The notes under the pieces were generated by a model. It did not search any database, was not told where the DNA came from, and saw only the letters and a list, made by a program, of their open reading frames with translations. From positions 1 through 64,000 of the forward strand of contig CAXNJO010000016.1 of assembly GCA_964202905.1 (NCBI GenBank): DNA of 64,000 bases, written 5' to 3'. Positions 41,601 to 50,924 of the stretch are shown here, one piece after another; the stretch's first letter is position 1, and each line of letters starts with the position of its first letter. Source of the DNA: Polyangiales bacterium. Its GTDB lineage: Bacteria > Myxococcota_A > Polyangia > Polyangiales > JADJQN01. A program made the position numbers and the translations under genes.

Positions 41601-42218
41601 GGCGTGGAGATCCGCTGGACCGGCCAGTACGAGCAGGTCGAAGAGACGAACGCACGCCTCGCGGTGCTGCTGCCGCTGACGATCGCGCTCGTGCTTCTCT
41701 TGCTCTACCTGCACCTGCGCAGCGTCGTCGAGGTGCTCATCGTCTCGCTCACGGTACCCTTCGCGCTCGTCGGCAGCGTGTGGGCGCTCTGGCTGCTCGA
41801 CTACCGCTGGTCCGCGGCCGTCGGCGTCGGCGTCGTCGCGCTCATCGGGCTCGCCGCCGAGACGGGCATCGTGATGGTCCTCTACCTCGACCGCGCCTAC
41901 GAGGCGCGCCTGCGCGAGGGGCGCATCCGCACGCTCGCGGACATCGTCGCCGCGCACGAGGAGGGCACCGTCGCGCGCGTGCGGCCGAAGGTGATGACCG
42001 TGGCGACCGCGCTCTTCGGGCTGTTGCCGCTCCTCTGGTCGGAGGGCGCGGGCGCCGACGTGATGAAGCGCATCGCCGCGCCGATGGTGGGCGGGCTCGT
42101 CACGAGCCTCTTCCTCACCCTCGAGATCCTGCCCGTCGTCTACACGTGGTGGCGCTACCGGCAGCTCCGCCAGGCGCAGCGCGACGCGCCCGCGACGGAG
42201 CCGCGCGGGGGCGACTAG
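38601..42218 (+). CDS. cusA: CusA/SilA-type heavy-metal RND transporter
   Basis: DALPDISD, GPDASGVGWVYQY, MSLGGIAIAIGAMVD, GGEFMPPLDEGDLLYMP, TDPAPLEMVET, RVRPKVMT, VMKRIAAPMVGG. Confidence 0.95.
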   Translation: MSDARHGLIARTITWCGLHPGLTIAASLALAVASFAAIRATPVDALPDISDRQVIVVGEWMGRSPALVEDQLTWPLASALLGMPGVRAVRGQSMPGMSFLYVVLEDDADLDLARARTGEVLAQARTTLPEEARVRVGPDASGVGWVYQYALVDDSGTHSLDTLRALQDFTLRQALQSVRGVAEVASIGGFEREYQVTLRPDALRAHDIDARTVGGAIRAANRDVGAGSITLAGRELFVRGRGALRDVDAIGDVVLAARGAGVVVRVRDVAHVAIGGRERRGIGELDGRGEAVSGIVIAREGANARAVIRDVKARLASLSGALPEGVRVVPVYDRATLIDAAVATLRGALVEEMIVVAAVILLFLLHVRSALVPVIVLPLAVAASFLPMRALGVSSNVMSLGGIAIAIGAMVDAAIVIVENAHKRLEHAPAGTPRREVLLESAREVGPAIFFSLLIVTVAFLPVFGLTGQAGRLFRPLALTKTFAMLGSALLAITLAPALLVTLVRGRIRAEHEHPVSRRLIALYRPFVDVALRNPRTTVLLGVLAVLSAAPLVPRIGGEFMPPLDEGDLLYMPTTLPGVAPAEAARALRVQDRAIRAFPEVLSVYGKAGRADTATDPAPLEMVETVVRLRPRAEWRTIEAPRWWSRLAPAPLAPLLRRVWPDRRPRTTSELAAELAEAARLPGYGASLTMPIRTRIDMLSTGVRTEVGVKVLGDDLRAIDATTAAIARALTQVRGTSSAIAERSAGGVFVDIVPRREALARYGIDQGTLLDVVATAVGGERATTVLDGRARFDVTVRYVRDRRLDLDALRAVLVPIGPGASAMPADDGMGDGRTGALSPLDARALLARPTLTQSMPMGAGDVGARGAPLPPAGAMGGTASDIMAASPSGEMVSGMRTPMPSAMPGANGGAMPGAPGDAMGRGPTTPLSDSSRARAAGGLLHVPLGELADVTLVDGPAMIRSEDGRLAGLVFVDVDTEARDLSGYVRDARAHVARTVPRPAGVEIRWTGQYEQVEETNARLAVLLPLTIALVLLLLYLHLRSVVEVLIVSLTVPFALVGSVWALWLLDYRWSAAVGVGVVALIGLAAETGIVMVLYLDRAYEARLREGRIRTLADIVAAHEEGTVARVRPKVMTVATALFGLLPLLWSEGAGADVMKRIAAPMVGGLVTSLFLTLEILPVVYTWWRYRQLRQAQRDAPATEPRGGD

Positions 42219-43711
42219 AAGCGGTACGTCGCGCCGAGCGAGACGACGTCGAAGCGCGCCGAGAACGTGCCTTGGTTGATGATCGCGCCCTCGCCCTCGA
42301 GGCCTACCTGCGCGAGCCCCTCGGTGGCCGTCGCGGTCGACGTGATGTCCGCCTGGAAGATGTGCAGGTACGCGAGGGAGAGATCGAGCTGCCCGAGCCG
42401 CAGCGTCGCGCCGCCGTGCACGCTGATGCGCTCGCCCGGGAGGAAGTCGAGCTGCACGAAGCGCGGATCGACGCCGCTCGTCTCGTACGCCGCGCCGACC
42501 CGCAGCGCGAGCTTGCCCGGCAGCACGTTGTAGTCACCGCCGAGCCGGAGCGACAACTGGTTCAACCAGTTGTGCGCGAGGCGGATCGTGTTCGGGAGCG
42601 GCGCCGTCGTGAGGCCCGAGGCGGGGACGTCGGCGACGGCCGCGGGGGGCAGCGAGACGACGTAATCCGTGACGCGGTTGTTGAACTCGTAGACGGCGTT
42701 CAGCTCGACGTCGAAGAGCTCCGTGGTCATGCGATCGGCGACGGCGCCCCCCGCTGCCTGCGCGGGCGCCGTGCCGCGCGGATGGCCGTAGCGCGCACCG
42801 AAGGTGAGCGCGGCCGTCTGCTGCGCGACGAGGCGCACGCCGTCGACCACCGTGCTCGCGTTGCGGTTGGCCGCCTCGTCGAAGTCGTGCGCGCCGATCG
42901 TGAGCGTGCCGCGGGCGCGGACGTCGTCGACGTAGCGGAAGCCGAGCATCAGATCGAGCCCGTCCATCGGCCGCACCGCGACGGAGGCGATGGCCGCCGG
43001 CGTGAAGGAATCGGTCACCGCGAGGTCGGTGCGGATGTCGAGCGCGGGGTCTTCGCCCGCGCTGCTCGAGGTCCCGTAGTTCGTGTACGAGATGCTCGTG
43101 AGCCCCCACTGCAGCGTCGCGCCGAACGCGAGCCACGGCGTCACACGGTAGCCGACGCCGACCGACGGGAAGATCTGCAGGAGGTTCTGCTGGACGAGGT
43201 TGTAGCGGGCCGGCGACGGGAGCGTGCCGCCCGCGACGGTGCCGTCCGCCGTGCCGAAGCGCGTCGCGCCCGCAGCGTACGGCGTGAGCACGCCGACGCC
43301 GATCGTGAGGCCCTCGGCCACCGGGAACGTCGCGACGAGCGAAGCGCCCGGCGAGAAGGGCGTCTCGTTGCAGACCTCGGGGAAGGCGTTGCCCTCCCAG
43401 CCCGGCGCGAACCGCGTCGGCTCGCCCTGCGTGCGCCCCGGATCGCCGTACGAACCGGGGCGGCTCTGACACGCGTTGAACAGACCGACGTTCGCGTTGA
43501 GCATGAGCTGCACGCCCGTCAGATCCGACAGCAGCGCAGGGTTGAGTTGCAGCGCCATCGGGTCGTCCGCGCGTGCGGAGAAGGCGCCGCCGCGACCCGC
43601 CGCGCGCGTCCCGGCGCCGTTGTACTCGAGCCCGCCGGCGCGCGCGCCCGAGGCCACGGACACGAGCGAGAGAGCCGCGAACATTCCCACGAACCACCGG
43701 ACTCGGCGCAT
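42215..43711 (-). CDS. FadL/OmpP1 family outer-membrane transporter
   Basis: Signal peptide, then GGLE..GAG..GRGGAFSARADDP...NPA hatch; beta-barrel pattern; C-terminal YRF. Confidence 0.85.
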   Translation of the reverse strand: MRRVRWFVGMFAALSLVSVASGARAGGLEYNGAGTRAAGRGGAFSARADDPMALQLNPALLSDLTGVQLMLNANVGLFNACQSRPGSYGDPGRTQGEPTRFAPGWEGNAFPEVCNETPFSPGASLVATFPVAEGLTIGVGVLTPYAAGATRFGTADGTVAGGTLPSPARYNLVQQNLLQIFPSVGVGYRVTPWLAFGATLQWGLTSISYTNYGTSSSAGEDPALDIRTDLAVTDSFTPAAIASVAVRPMDGLDLMLGFRYVDDVRARGTLTIGAHDFDEAANRNASTVVDGVRLVAQQTAALTFGARYGHPRGTAPAQAAGGAVADRMTTELFDVELNAVYEFNNRVTDYVVSLPPAAVADVPASGLTTAPLPNTIRLAHNWLNQLSLRLGGDYNVLPGKLALRVGAAYETSGVDPRFVQLDFLPGERISVHGGATLRLGQLDLSLAYLHIFQADITSTATATEGLAQVGLEGEGAIINQGTFSARFDVVSLGATYRF

Positions 43712-43800
43712 GCACCCTCCTCGAAGAAGGGCGCACGATACCGTCGCGCGCCCCACGCACGGAAGGGAAAGCGCATGACGCGCCGCGTTGCGCTGCGGCG

Positions 43801-45189
43801 TCAGCCTTCCTGCTCTTCGCCGCCGTACTGGTCGTCCGCGAGGTTGTCGAAGCGCGTGTACGCGTTGAAGAACGCGCAGCGCACGGTGCCCGTCGGTCCC
43901 GACCGCTGCTTGCCGATGATCAGCTCCGCGACGCCGCGATCGAGGGTCTCCTTGTTGTAGACCTCGTCGCGGTAAACGAAAATGATGGTGTCCGCGTCCT
44001 GCTCGATCGCGCCCGACTCACGCAGGTCCGAGAGCTGCGGCCGCTTGTCCTTGGTGCCGCGCGACTCGACGCCGCGGTTCAGCTGCGAGAGCGCGATGAC
44101 CGGCAGCGACAGCTCCTTCGCGAGCCCCTTCAGCGAGCGGCTGATCTCGCTGATCTCCTGCTCGCGCGAGTCCGTCCGCACGCCCGCGCGCATGAGCTGG
44201 AGGTAGTCGATGATGATGAGCCCGAGCCCCGACTCGCTGCGCAGACGGCGCGCCTTCGCGCGGAGCTCCATGAGCGTGAGGCCCGGGGTGTCGTCGATGT
44301 AGATCGGCAGATCGCTGAGCACGCCCGCGGCGTTCGCGAGCGGCGGCCAGTCTTCGCGCAGCAGGCGCCCGGTGCGGAGCCGACCCGCGTCGACGCGCGC
44401 CTCGCTGCAGAGCATGCGCTTGGCGAGCTGCTCTTTCGGCATCTCGAGCGAGAAGACCGCGACCGTCTTCTTCGAGACGAGGCAGGCGTTCACGCCGACG
44501 TTCAGGGCGAACGACGTCTTGCCCATGCCGGGGCGGCCCGCGACGATGATGAGGTCGCCCGGATGCATGCCCGCCGTCATGTCGTCGAGGCGATCGAAGC
44601 CCGTCGCGAGGCCGGTGATGCGCTCCTTGCGGCGCGCGGCCTCGTGAATCTCCTGGAAGGTGCGGACGACGACGTCCTTGATGTGCTCGTAAGGGTGCCG
44701 GACGCGCTCCTTCGCGACGTCGAACACGGCCTTCTCCGCGCCGTCGAGGAAGCGCTCGATCTCGCCGTAGTCGCCGTAGCCCGTCGCCGCGACCTCGTGG
44801 CAAGCGAGGATGAGCCGCCGGACGACGCTCTTCTCGCGCACGATGCGCGAGTGCGCCTCGATGTTGGCGACGGTGGGGATCGTGTTGGTGAGCCCGAGCA
44901 GGTACTCGTCGCCGCCCGCGAGCTGCAGCTTGCTCTTGTTCACGAGCCCCGCGCGCACGGTGACCGTGTCGAGCGGCTCGCCCCGCGCGAACAGCTCGCA
45001 CATCACGCGGAACATCTCCTGATGCCCGACCGCGTAGAAGTCGTCGGCCGTGAGCATCTCGAGCACCGAGTTCAGCGACGCGTTGTCGAGCAGGATGCCG
45101 CCGAGCACGGCGCGCTCCGCCTCGAGCGAATGCGGGGGAATCCGACCCTCACCGGCGCCGCGCGGACGCTCGAACATCTGCTCTTCCAT
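43801..45189 (-). CDS. dnaB: Replicative DNA helicase
   Basis: PPHSLEAE, GRPGMGKT, FSLEM, IIDYLQL, SQLNR, DLRESGAIEQDAD, KQRSGPTG. Confidence 0.98.
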   Translation of the reverse strand: MEEQMFERPRGAGEGRIPPHSLEAERAVLGGILLDNASLNSVLEMLTADDFYAVGHQEMFRVMCELFARGEPLDTVTVRAGLVNKSKLQLAGGDEYLLGLTNTIPTVANIEAHSRIVREKSVVRRLILACHEVAATGYGDYGEIERFLDGAEKAVFDVAKERVRHPYEHIKDVVVRTFQEIHEAARRKERITGLATGFDRLDDMTAGMHPGDLIIVAGRPGMGKTSFALNVGVNACLVSKKTVAVFSLEMPKEQLAKRMLCSEARVDAGRLRTGRLLREDWPPLANAAGVLSDLPIYIDDTPGLTLMELRAKARRLRSESGLGLIIIDYLQLMRAGVRTDSREQEISEISRSLKGLAKELSLPVIALSQLNRGVESRGTKDKRPQLSDLRESGAIEQDADTIIFVYRDEVYNKETLDRGVAELIIGKQRSGPTGTVRCAFFNAYTRFDNLADDQYGGEEQEG

Positions 45190-45339
45190 GGGCGGCGCAA
45201 CCTACGTCCAACGCGCAGCGAAGTCATCCACGCACGTGTGATACCCGCGGCCGCAGGCCAGCGTCTCCACCCCCGGTGCGCGCGAGCGACCGCACTCGCA
45301 ACCACCCTGCCCACCATGCGTTCATGCGCATGAACGCAA

Positions 45340-45370
45340 CGAGCCTCCACGGCTCTCGCCGGGAGGCTCG
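45340..45370 (-). terminator. Hairpin downstream of rplI
   Basis: CGAGCCTCC...GGAGGCTCG stem with a short T-containing tail on the minus strand. Confidence 0.5.
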
Positions 45371-45408
45371 CTGCGACCCCGTCGCGCGCACGCGGCGCGC
45401 GCGGGGCG

Positions 45409-45861
45409 CTACTTCTTGACGACGTCGAGCTTGAAGGTCGCGACGACCTCCGGTGCGAGACGCGCCTTGACCTCGTACGAGCCGAGGTGACGGGTCTCCG
45501 GCAGCTCGATGCGCTTCTTGTCGACGTCGAAGCCCTTCGCCTTGAGGGCGTCGGACAGCTCGCGCGTCGTCACGGAGCCATAGAGCTTGTTCTCGTCGCC
45601 CGCCTGCTTGGCGAGGGTGACGGTCACGGTCGAGAGCTGCTGCGCGATCGCCTCGAAGCTCTTCTTGAGCTTGGCGGCGTTCGCGATCGCCATCTTCCGA
45701 GCGTGCTCGATCTGCTGGATGTTGCCCTCCGTCGCGACCACGGCGAAGCCGCGGGGCAGGAGGTAGTTGCGGGCGAAGCCCGGCTTGACCTTCACGAGCT
45801 CGCCGATCTTGCCGAGCGTCGTGACGTCTTCGCGGAGAACCACCTGGATGTTGTTGGCCAT
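45409..45861 (-). CDS. rplI: 50S ribosomal protein L9
   Basis: LGKIGELVKVKPGFARNYLLP, KLYGSVT. Confidence 0.97.
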   Translation of the reverse strand: MANNIQVVLREDVTTLGKIGELVKVKPGFARNYLLPRGFAVVATEGNIQQIEHARKMAIANAAKLKKSFEAIAQQLSTVTVTLAKQAGDENKLYGSVTTRELSDALKAKGFDVDKKRIELPETRHLGSYEVKARLAPEVVATFKLDVVKK

Positions 45862-45866
45862 GGCGC

Positions 45867-46199
45867 TCAGTCCGTGGAGGTGAAGGGCATGAGGGCGATC
45901 TGACGGCTCCGCTTCACGGCGATCGTCAGCGCGCGCTGCTGCTTGGCCGAGAGGCCGGTGATGCGGCGCGGCACGAGCTTGCCGCGCTCGGTGATGAAGA
46001 ACTTGAGCTGCTGCGGGTTCTTGTAATCGAACTCGAAGTCGGTCTCGAGGACGAAGCTCGGCGGGCGCTTGCGCTTGCCGCGCCGGCGAAGACCGAGCGG
46101 ATCCTCGCCCTGTCCCCCCATGCCCATCCCCCCGCCGCCACGGCGATCGTCGCCGAAGCCGCCACGGTCATCGTCGTACGGACGTGCGTCGTGCTTCAT
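45867..46199 (-). CDS. rpsR: 30S ribosomal protein S18
   Basis: [25 protein letters not shown]...[17 protein letters not shown]. Confidence 0.95.
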   Translation of the reverse strand: MKHDARPYDDDRGGFGDDRRGGGGMGMGGQGEDPLGLRRRGKRKRPPSFVLETDFEFDYKNPQQLKFFITERGKLVPRRITGLSAKQQRALTIAVKRSRQIALMPFTSTD

Positions 46200-46203
46200 G
46201 GGA

Positions 46204-46761
46204 TCACTCCTTCTCCGCGTCGGGGGCCGTGGTCGCCTTCGCGGCCCGCGGCGCCGTCACCGTGTCATCGTCATCGCCCATCGCGTCGTCCGCGAACTCG
46301 TCGTCGCCGAACTCGTTCTCCTGCCGACGCGGGCGCTGCTCCTCGAGCATGCCGAGGCGCTGCTCGAGGTTCGGCTCCTCTTCGTCCGGCGTCACCTCGA
46401 GGCGACGGAACTTGATCTCCTCGGGGTCGATCGCGACGTCGAGCGTCACGTCTTCCACGCGGATGCACACCGTCTGGTGCCGCATGACCTGGTCGAGCAG
46501 GCGCAGGTTGCGCTCGACCTCGGCGACGATGTCGCCGACGCCGATGTAACGAACCAGCACGAACACGCCGCGCGTGTGCTTGCGGATCGGGTAGGCGAGG
46601 CGACGCTTGCCCCAGTTGTCGAGCTTGGTGAGCTTGCCTTCGAGACGCGCGACGACGTCCGTGATGCGGCCCGCGATGCGGTCCGCTTCGTCCGGATCCA
46701 CCTGCGGCTGCAGGATGTAGATCGTCTCGTATTCTCGAGGCTTTTGGATCATGATGGCCAT
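46204..46761 (-). CDS. rpsF: 30S ribosomal protein S6 with an acidic C-terminal extension
   Basis: [28 protein letters not shown]. Confidence 0.95.
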   Translation of the reverse strand: MAIMIQKPREYETIYILQPQVDPDEADRIAGRITDVVARLEGKLTKLDNWGKRRLAYPIRKHTRGVFVLVRYIGVGDIVAEVERNLRLLDQVMRHQTVCIRVEDVTLDVAIDPEEIKFRRLEVTPDEEEPNLEQRLGMLEEQRPRRQENEFGDDEFADDAMGDDDDTVTAPRAAKATTAPDAEKE

Positions 46762-46766
46762 TCGAT

Positions 46767-46808
46767 CTCCTCTCGGTCCGAGGCCCGGGGACATCCCCGA
46801 GCGAGGAG
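46767..46808 (-). promoter_or_regulatory. Candidate S6:S18 ribosomal leader RNA
   Basis: Minus strand CUCCU...AGGAG stem sequesters the rpsF SD; inner GGGGA/UCCCC helix and CCG motifs. Confidence 0.55.
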
Positions 46809-46862
46809 CCAACTACGCCTTGGGCACCATGCCCGTCGGCGTTCCCTACCGGGATCGATGCG

Positions 46863-47549
46863 CTAGCCCTTGGAGGCTTTGCCCATGGCATCGCCCTTCG
46901 AGGCTTTGCCCACGGCATCGCCCTTCGAGGCTTTGCCCACGGCATCGCCCTTCGAGGCTTTGCCCATGGCATCGCCCTTCGAGGCGGTGCCCTCCCGGTG
47001 AAGTTCATTCATCGCCGCCTGCGGGCCGCGGGCCACGATCGCCTCGACCATGAGCGCCGCCTTCTGCAGCTCCCCGTCGAGCTCCGCCCGCTCCGCCACG
47101 TCGAAATCACTGAGCACGTAGCCGTCGACCGGCCCCGAGCGCGGACGCCCGATGCCGACGCGCACGCGGGTGAAATCGGGGCCGCCGCAGTGCTGGATGA
47201 TGCTGCGCAGCCCGTTGTGGCCGGCATGACCGCCACCGACCTTGATGCGCGAGGTGCGCCAGTCGAGGTCGAGCTCGTCGTGCACGACGACCACATCCTT
47301 CAAGGAGACCTTGAAGAACGTCATCGCCTTCTGCACCGACTCACCGCTCAGGTTCATGTAGGTCATCGGCTCGAGGAGGGCGACCTCGCGGTCGCCGATC
47401 ACGGCCTTCGTGAAGAGCCCTTGGAACTTCTCTTTGAATGCGCCAGCGCGGGCGCGCCCGGCGACTCGCTCGACCACCATGAACCCGACGTTGTGTCGGG
47501 TCCCGGCGTACCGGGACCCCGGATTCCCGAGGCCTACGACGAGCAGCAC
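46863..47549 (-). CDS. pth: Peptidyl-tRNA hydrolase with a repetitive C-terminal tail
   Basis: VVGLGNPG..Y..TRHNVGF, TYMNLSG, VHDELD, GHNGLRS, RVRVGIGRP. Confidence 0.96.
   Translation of the reverse strand: MLLVVGLGNPGSRYAGTRHNVGFMVVERVAGRARAGAFKEKFQGLFTKAVIGDREVALLEPMTYMNLSGESVQKAMTFFKVSLKDVVVVHDELDLDWRTSRIKVGGGHAGHNGLRSIIQHCGGPDFTRVRVGIGRPRSGPVDGYVLSDFDVAERAELDGELQKAALMVEAIVARGPQAAMNELHREGTASKGDAMGKASKGDAVGKASKGDAVGKASKGDAMGKASKG
46866..46985. repeat. 27-bp tandem repeat, 4 full units plus a partial, in the pth 3' end
   Basis: GCCCTTCGAGGCTTTGCCCA(C/T)GGCATC units at 46866, 46893, 46920, 46947, partial at 46974. Confidence 0.92.
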
Positions 47550-47573
47550 GAGCGCACTCCGGACGGTGATCGA

Positions 47574-48281
47574 CTACTTCTTCTTGGCAGCCGGAGCGGC
47601 CTTGGCCGCCGCGGCCGGAGCGGCCTTGCCTGCCGCAGCCGGTGCGGCCTTGCCGCCGCCCGCTGCCGCCTTGCCCGCGGCTGCCGGCGCCGCAGCGACC
47701 GCTGCTGCCTCTTCCTCGGCGCCGCGCTTGTCCTCGGACACGACGGCAACGAGCGAGCGGTCCGCCGGGAGCGTCACGACCACGCCCTCGGGGAGCGAGA
47801 GATCGCGCGTGTGGATGGCCTCGTGGAGACCGAGCGCCGACACGTCGACGACGATCTTCGCGGGGACCTTGTTCGGCGAGCAGCGCACGGGCAGCTCGCG
47901 GAAGATGACGCGGAGCAGGCCGCCGGCCGCGACGCCCGCTGCCTTGCCCTTCGTCTCGAACGGCACCTTCTGCTCGATCTCCCGGTCGAGTTCGACGCGG
48001 TAGAAGTCGGCGTGGATGATCTCACGCTCGAGCGGGTGGATCTGCACCTCGCGCACGACCGCGAGTTCCTTCTTTGCGCCGAACGCGAGCTCGACGACCT
48101 GGTTCCGGCCGTACTCGGTCGAGAGCGCCTTGCGGAGCTCCTTCGGGCTCACGGCGATCGAGGTGGGCTCGGTGCCGGGACCATAGAACACGGCCGGGAT
48201 CAGCCCCGTCATGCGGAGCTGCCGCGCCGGCCCCTTTCCGCCTCCGGGGCGGACCTCAGCCTGCAGCGTCTGGATATCCAT
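47574..48281 (-). CDS. rplY: 50S ribosomal protein L25/Ctc
   Basis: GKGPARQLR...PAVFYG, REVQIHP..IIHADF, Ctc C-domain, Ala/Lys tail. Confidence 0.95.
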   Translation of the reverse strand: MDIQTLQAEVRPGGGKGPARQLRMTGLIPAVFYGPGTEPTSIAVSPKELRKALSTEYGRNQVVELAFGAKKELAVVREVQIHPLEREIIHADFYRVELDREIEQKVPFETKGKAAGVAAGGLLRVIFRELPVRCSPNKVPAKIVVDVSALGLHEAIHTRDLSLPEGVVVTLPADRSLVAVVSEDKRGAEEEAAAVAAAPAAAGKAAAGGGKAAPAAAGKAAPAAAAKAAPAAKKK

Positions 48282-48343
48282 TGTCTCGTCTCTTTCGTCT
48301 CGAGCGTTGGCGTGTCGAACGGTGGGTTGGAAACGCGGGCGAA

Positions 48344-49291
48344 CTACACGAACAGCGAGCTCACCGAGTCGCCGTTGTGGATTCTCTTGATGGCCTCCCC
48401 GAGGAGACCCGCCACGGACAGCACGTGGAACTTGCCGGTCGCCACCGCGTCAGGCCGGAGCGGCACGGTGTCGGTCACGACGACCTGGACGAGGGGCGAG
48501 GCCTTGATGCGCTCGACGGCGGGACCGCTGAGCACGGCGTGCGTCGCCGCGGCCATCACGGAGCGCGCGCCCGCCTTCACGAGGGCTTGCGCGCCGTTCG
48601 TGAGGGTGCCCGCGGTGTCGATCATGTCGTCGAGCAGCACGCAAACGCGACCCTCGACGTCCCCGATGATGTGCATGACCTCGCTGACGTTCGCGCGCTC
48701 ACGGCGCTTGTCGATGATCGCGAGGTCCGCGCCGATGCGCTTCGCGTAGGCCCGCGTGCGCTCGACGCCGCCCGCGTCGGGCGACACGAAGACGGGCGCC
48801 TCGCCACCGGCGAACTTCGCGGTGAGGAACTCGAGGAACACCGGCATCGCGTAGAGGTGATCGAAGGGCTTGTTGAAGAAGCCCTGGATCTGCCCCGAGT
48901 GCAGGTCGACGGCGACGACGCGATCGACGCCGGCCGAGGTGATCAGATCCGCGACGAGCTTCGCGGTGATGGGTGTGCGCGGCGCGACCTTGCGGTCCTG
49001 TCGGGCGTAGCCGTAGTACGGCATCACGGCCGAAATGGAGCCGGCGCTCGCGCGCTTGAGCGCGTCCGCCATGACCAGCAACTCCATCAGGTTGTCGTTC
49101 ACCGGCGCGCACGTCGGCTGCACGATGTAGACGTCGACGCCGCGCACGTTCTCTTGGACCTCGGCGAAGACCTCGCCGTCGGAGAAACGCGAGAGTTTCG
49201 CGCGGCCGATCGGGAGCTCGAGGTACTGCGCGATCGCGTGCGCGAGCGGGGGATTTGCGTTGCCCGCGAAGATGCAGATGGACTTGGACAT
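48344..49291 (-). CDS. prs: Ribose-phosphate pyrophosphokinase
   Basis: [49 protein letters not shown]. Confidence 0.98.
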   Translation of the reverse strand: MSKSICIFAGNANPPLAHAIAQYLELPIGRAKLSRFSDGEVFAEVQENVRGVDVYIVQPTCAPVNDNLMELLVMADALKRASAGSISAVMPYYGYARQDRKVAPRTPITAKLVADLITSAGVDRVVAVDLHSGQIQGFFNKPFDHLYAMPVFLEFLTAKFAGGEAPVFVSPDAGGVERTRAYAKRIGADLAIIDKRRERANVSEVMHIIGDVEGRVCVLLDDMIDTAGTLTNGAQALVKAGARSVMAAATHAVLSGPAVERIKASPLVQVVVTDTVPLRPDAVATGKFHVLSVAGLLGEAIKRIHNGDSVSSLFV

Positions 49292-49543
49292 CGAGCCGAC
49301 CTGCCTTCCTGCACCGGGTCTTGCCGCACCGGGCCGCATCGCTCCGGGCGTCGTCGCGCCGGCCCCCGCTGCCTCAGGCCATCCGCAGTGGGATGTGCGC
49401 TGGAACACGGGGAGCGAAGGGGTAGCAAAGCGGCTCCGAGGTGTCAACCGCCGCCCCGCCCATCGACCGGCCGCACACGCGTCCACGGCAGCCGCCGCGC
49501 GCAGGCTTGCGCGGCCCCGGGTCGATCTGCCATCAGAGCGCCC

Positions 49544-50872
49544 GTGAGCGAGCGAGCCCGGCCGCGCCTCGACTTCCTCGACGCCCTCCGGGGCGTCGCG
49601 GTGGTCCTGATGATCCTCTGGCACACCGCGGATTCGTGGCTCACCGACGCCGCACGCGCGACGGACGGCCACGAGACGACCGCCTACGGCGTGCTGCGCC
49701 TGCTCGGCGGGACGGCTGCGCCCCTCTTCCTCCTGCTCGCAGGCATCGCGCACGGGCTGAAGGCGGCGGCCGACGATCGCAAGGGCACACCCGCGCGCGT
49801 CGCGATGCGCGGCAACGTCGCGCGCGGCCTCGAGCTGGTCGTGCTCGGCTACCTGCTGCGCCTGCAGTTCTGGGCGATCGACTCCGTCGGTGTGCGGCTG
49901 CCGCTCGTGCTCGCGCCGCTGCTCATCGGGTTGCTCCTCCTGCTCTTCGCGGCGCGGCGGCTGCCCGCTTCGGCGCGCACGGCGGGCCTCGCGGCGCTCG
50001 GTGGCGCGGCGCTCTACGCGGGCGGCCTCGTGGCGCTCGGGTACGTCCAGCCCGCGAAGGTGACGAGCGTGCTGCGGGTCGATGTGCTCCAGGCGATCGG
50101 CGCCTCGCTCGTGCTGCTCGCGCTCGCCGAGCCGCTCCTCAAGCGCGCGCCGGCGCTCGCCCTCGCCGCGGCGCTCGGCGTCACCCTCTCCACGGAGTTC
50201 GTCGCCGCACACCTGCCCGGGCCACTGCCGACGCCCCTCGCCGCGTACCTCGCGCGGTGGCCGGTGCCCACAGGTGTGCGCTCCATGGCGATGTTCCCGC
50301 TCCTGCCGTGGCTCGCCTTCCCGCTCGTCGGCACGCTGCTTGGACGGCACTGGAGCGCGAGCGCGCGGCGCGGCACGCTCACGCGCGATCTCGCCGTGCT
50401 CGGCGCGCTCGGGGCGCTCGGTGCGGTCGCGACGAACGAATCGCTCGCCTACGCGCTCGGCTGGATCTGGCGCGTGCCCTGGTTCATCCCGACGCTGCGC
50501 ATCCTCTCGCGCGTCGGCACCGCGATGCTACTCGCGGCGCTCTGCTACGCCGGGCTCTCGCTCGCGGCGCGGGGGGGCCTCGGCACGAGCGCGCGCGCGG
50601 AGCGGTTCGCGCCACTGCGGACGCTCGGACGCGCGTCGCTCTTCGTGTACTGGGTGCACCTCGAGTTCGCCTTCGGCGTCGTCGCCGCGCCCCTCAAGCG
50701 GCGGCTCGACCTCGGCGCGTGGGCGATCGGCTTCGCTGCGCTGACCCTCGCGATGTACGCGCTCGTGCTCGCGAAGAACGGACCATGGCAGCGCCTCGTG
50801 ACCTGGGCGGTCGAACGTGTAGACTCGCGCCCCCGCGCCGCGTCCCGGCCACACACGCCGTCCGACGCTTGA
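49544..50872 (+). CDS. DUF1624 / HGSNAT-like membrane acyltransferase
   Basis: [48 protein letters not shown]. Confidence 0.82.
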   Translation: MSERARPRLDFLDALRGVAVVLMILWHTADSWLTDAARATDGHETTAYGVLRLLGGTAAPLFLLLAGIAHGLKAAADDRKGTPARVAMRGNVARGLELVVLGYLLRLQFWAIDSVGVRLPLVLAPLLIGLLLLLFAARRLPASARTAGLAALGGAALYAGGLVALGYVQPAKVTSVLRVDVLQAIGASLVLLALAEPLLKRAPALALAAALGVTLSTEFVAAHLPGPLPTPLAAYLARWPVPTGVRSMAMFPLLPWLAFPLVGTLLGRHWSASARRGTLTRDLAVLGALGALGAVATNESLAYALGWIWRVPWFIPTLRILSRVGTAMLLAALCYAGLSLAARGGLGTSARAERFAPLRTLGRASLFVYWVHLEFAFGVVAAPLKRRLDLGAWAIGFAALTLAMYALVLAKNGPWQRLVTWAVERVDSRPRAASRPHTPSDA

Positions 50873-50924
50873 GCGCGAACCGGCTTCCCGTTTACAGTCC
50901 CTCTCCCCCCCCCAGGTGGTACGA

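Noticed and set aside
49292..49543. tRNA-Gln, often found upstream of prs
   Set aside because: No cloverleaf or TTCGA T-loop in a tRNA context was visible by eye
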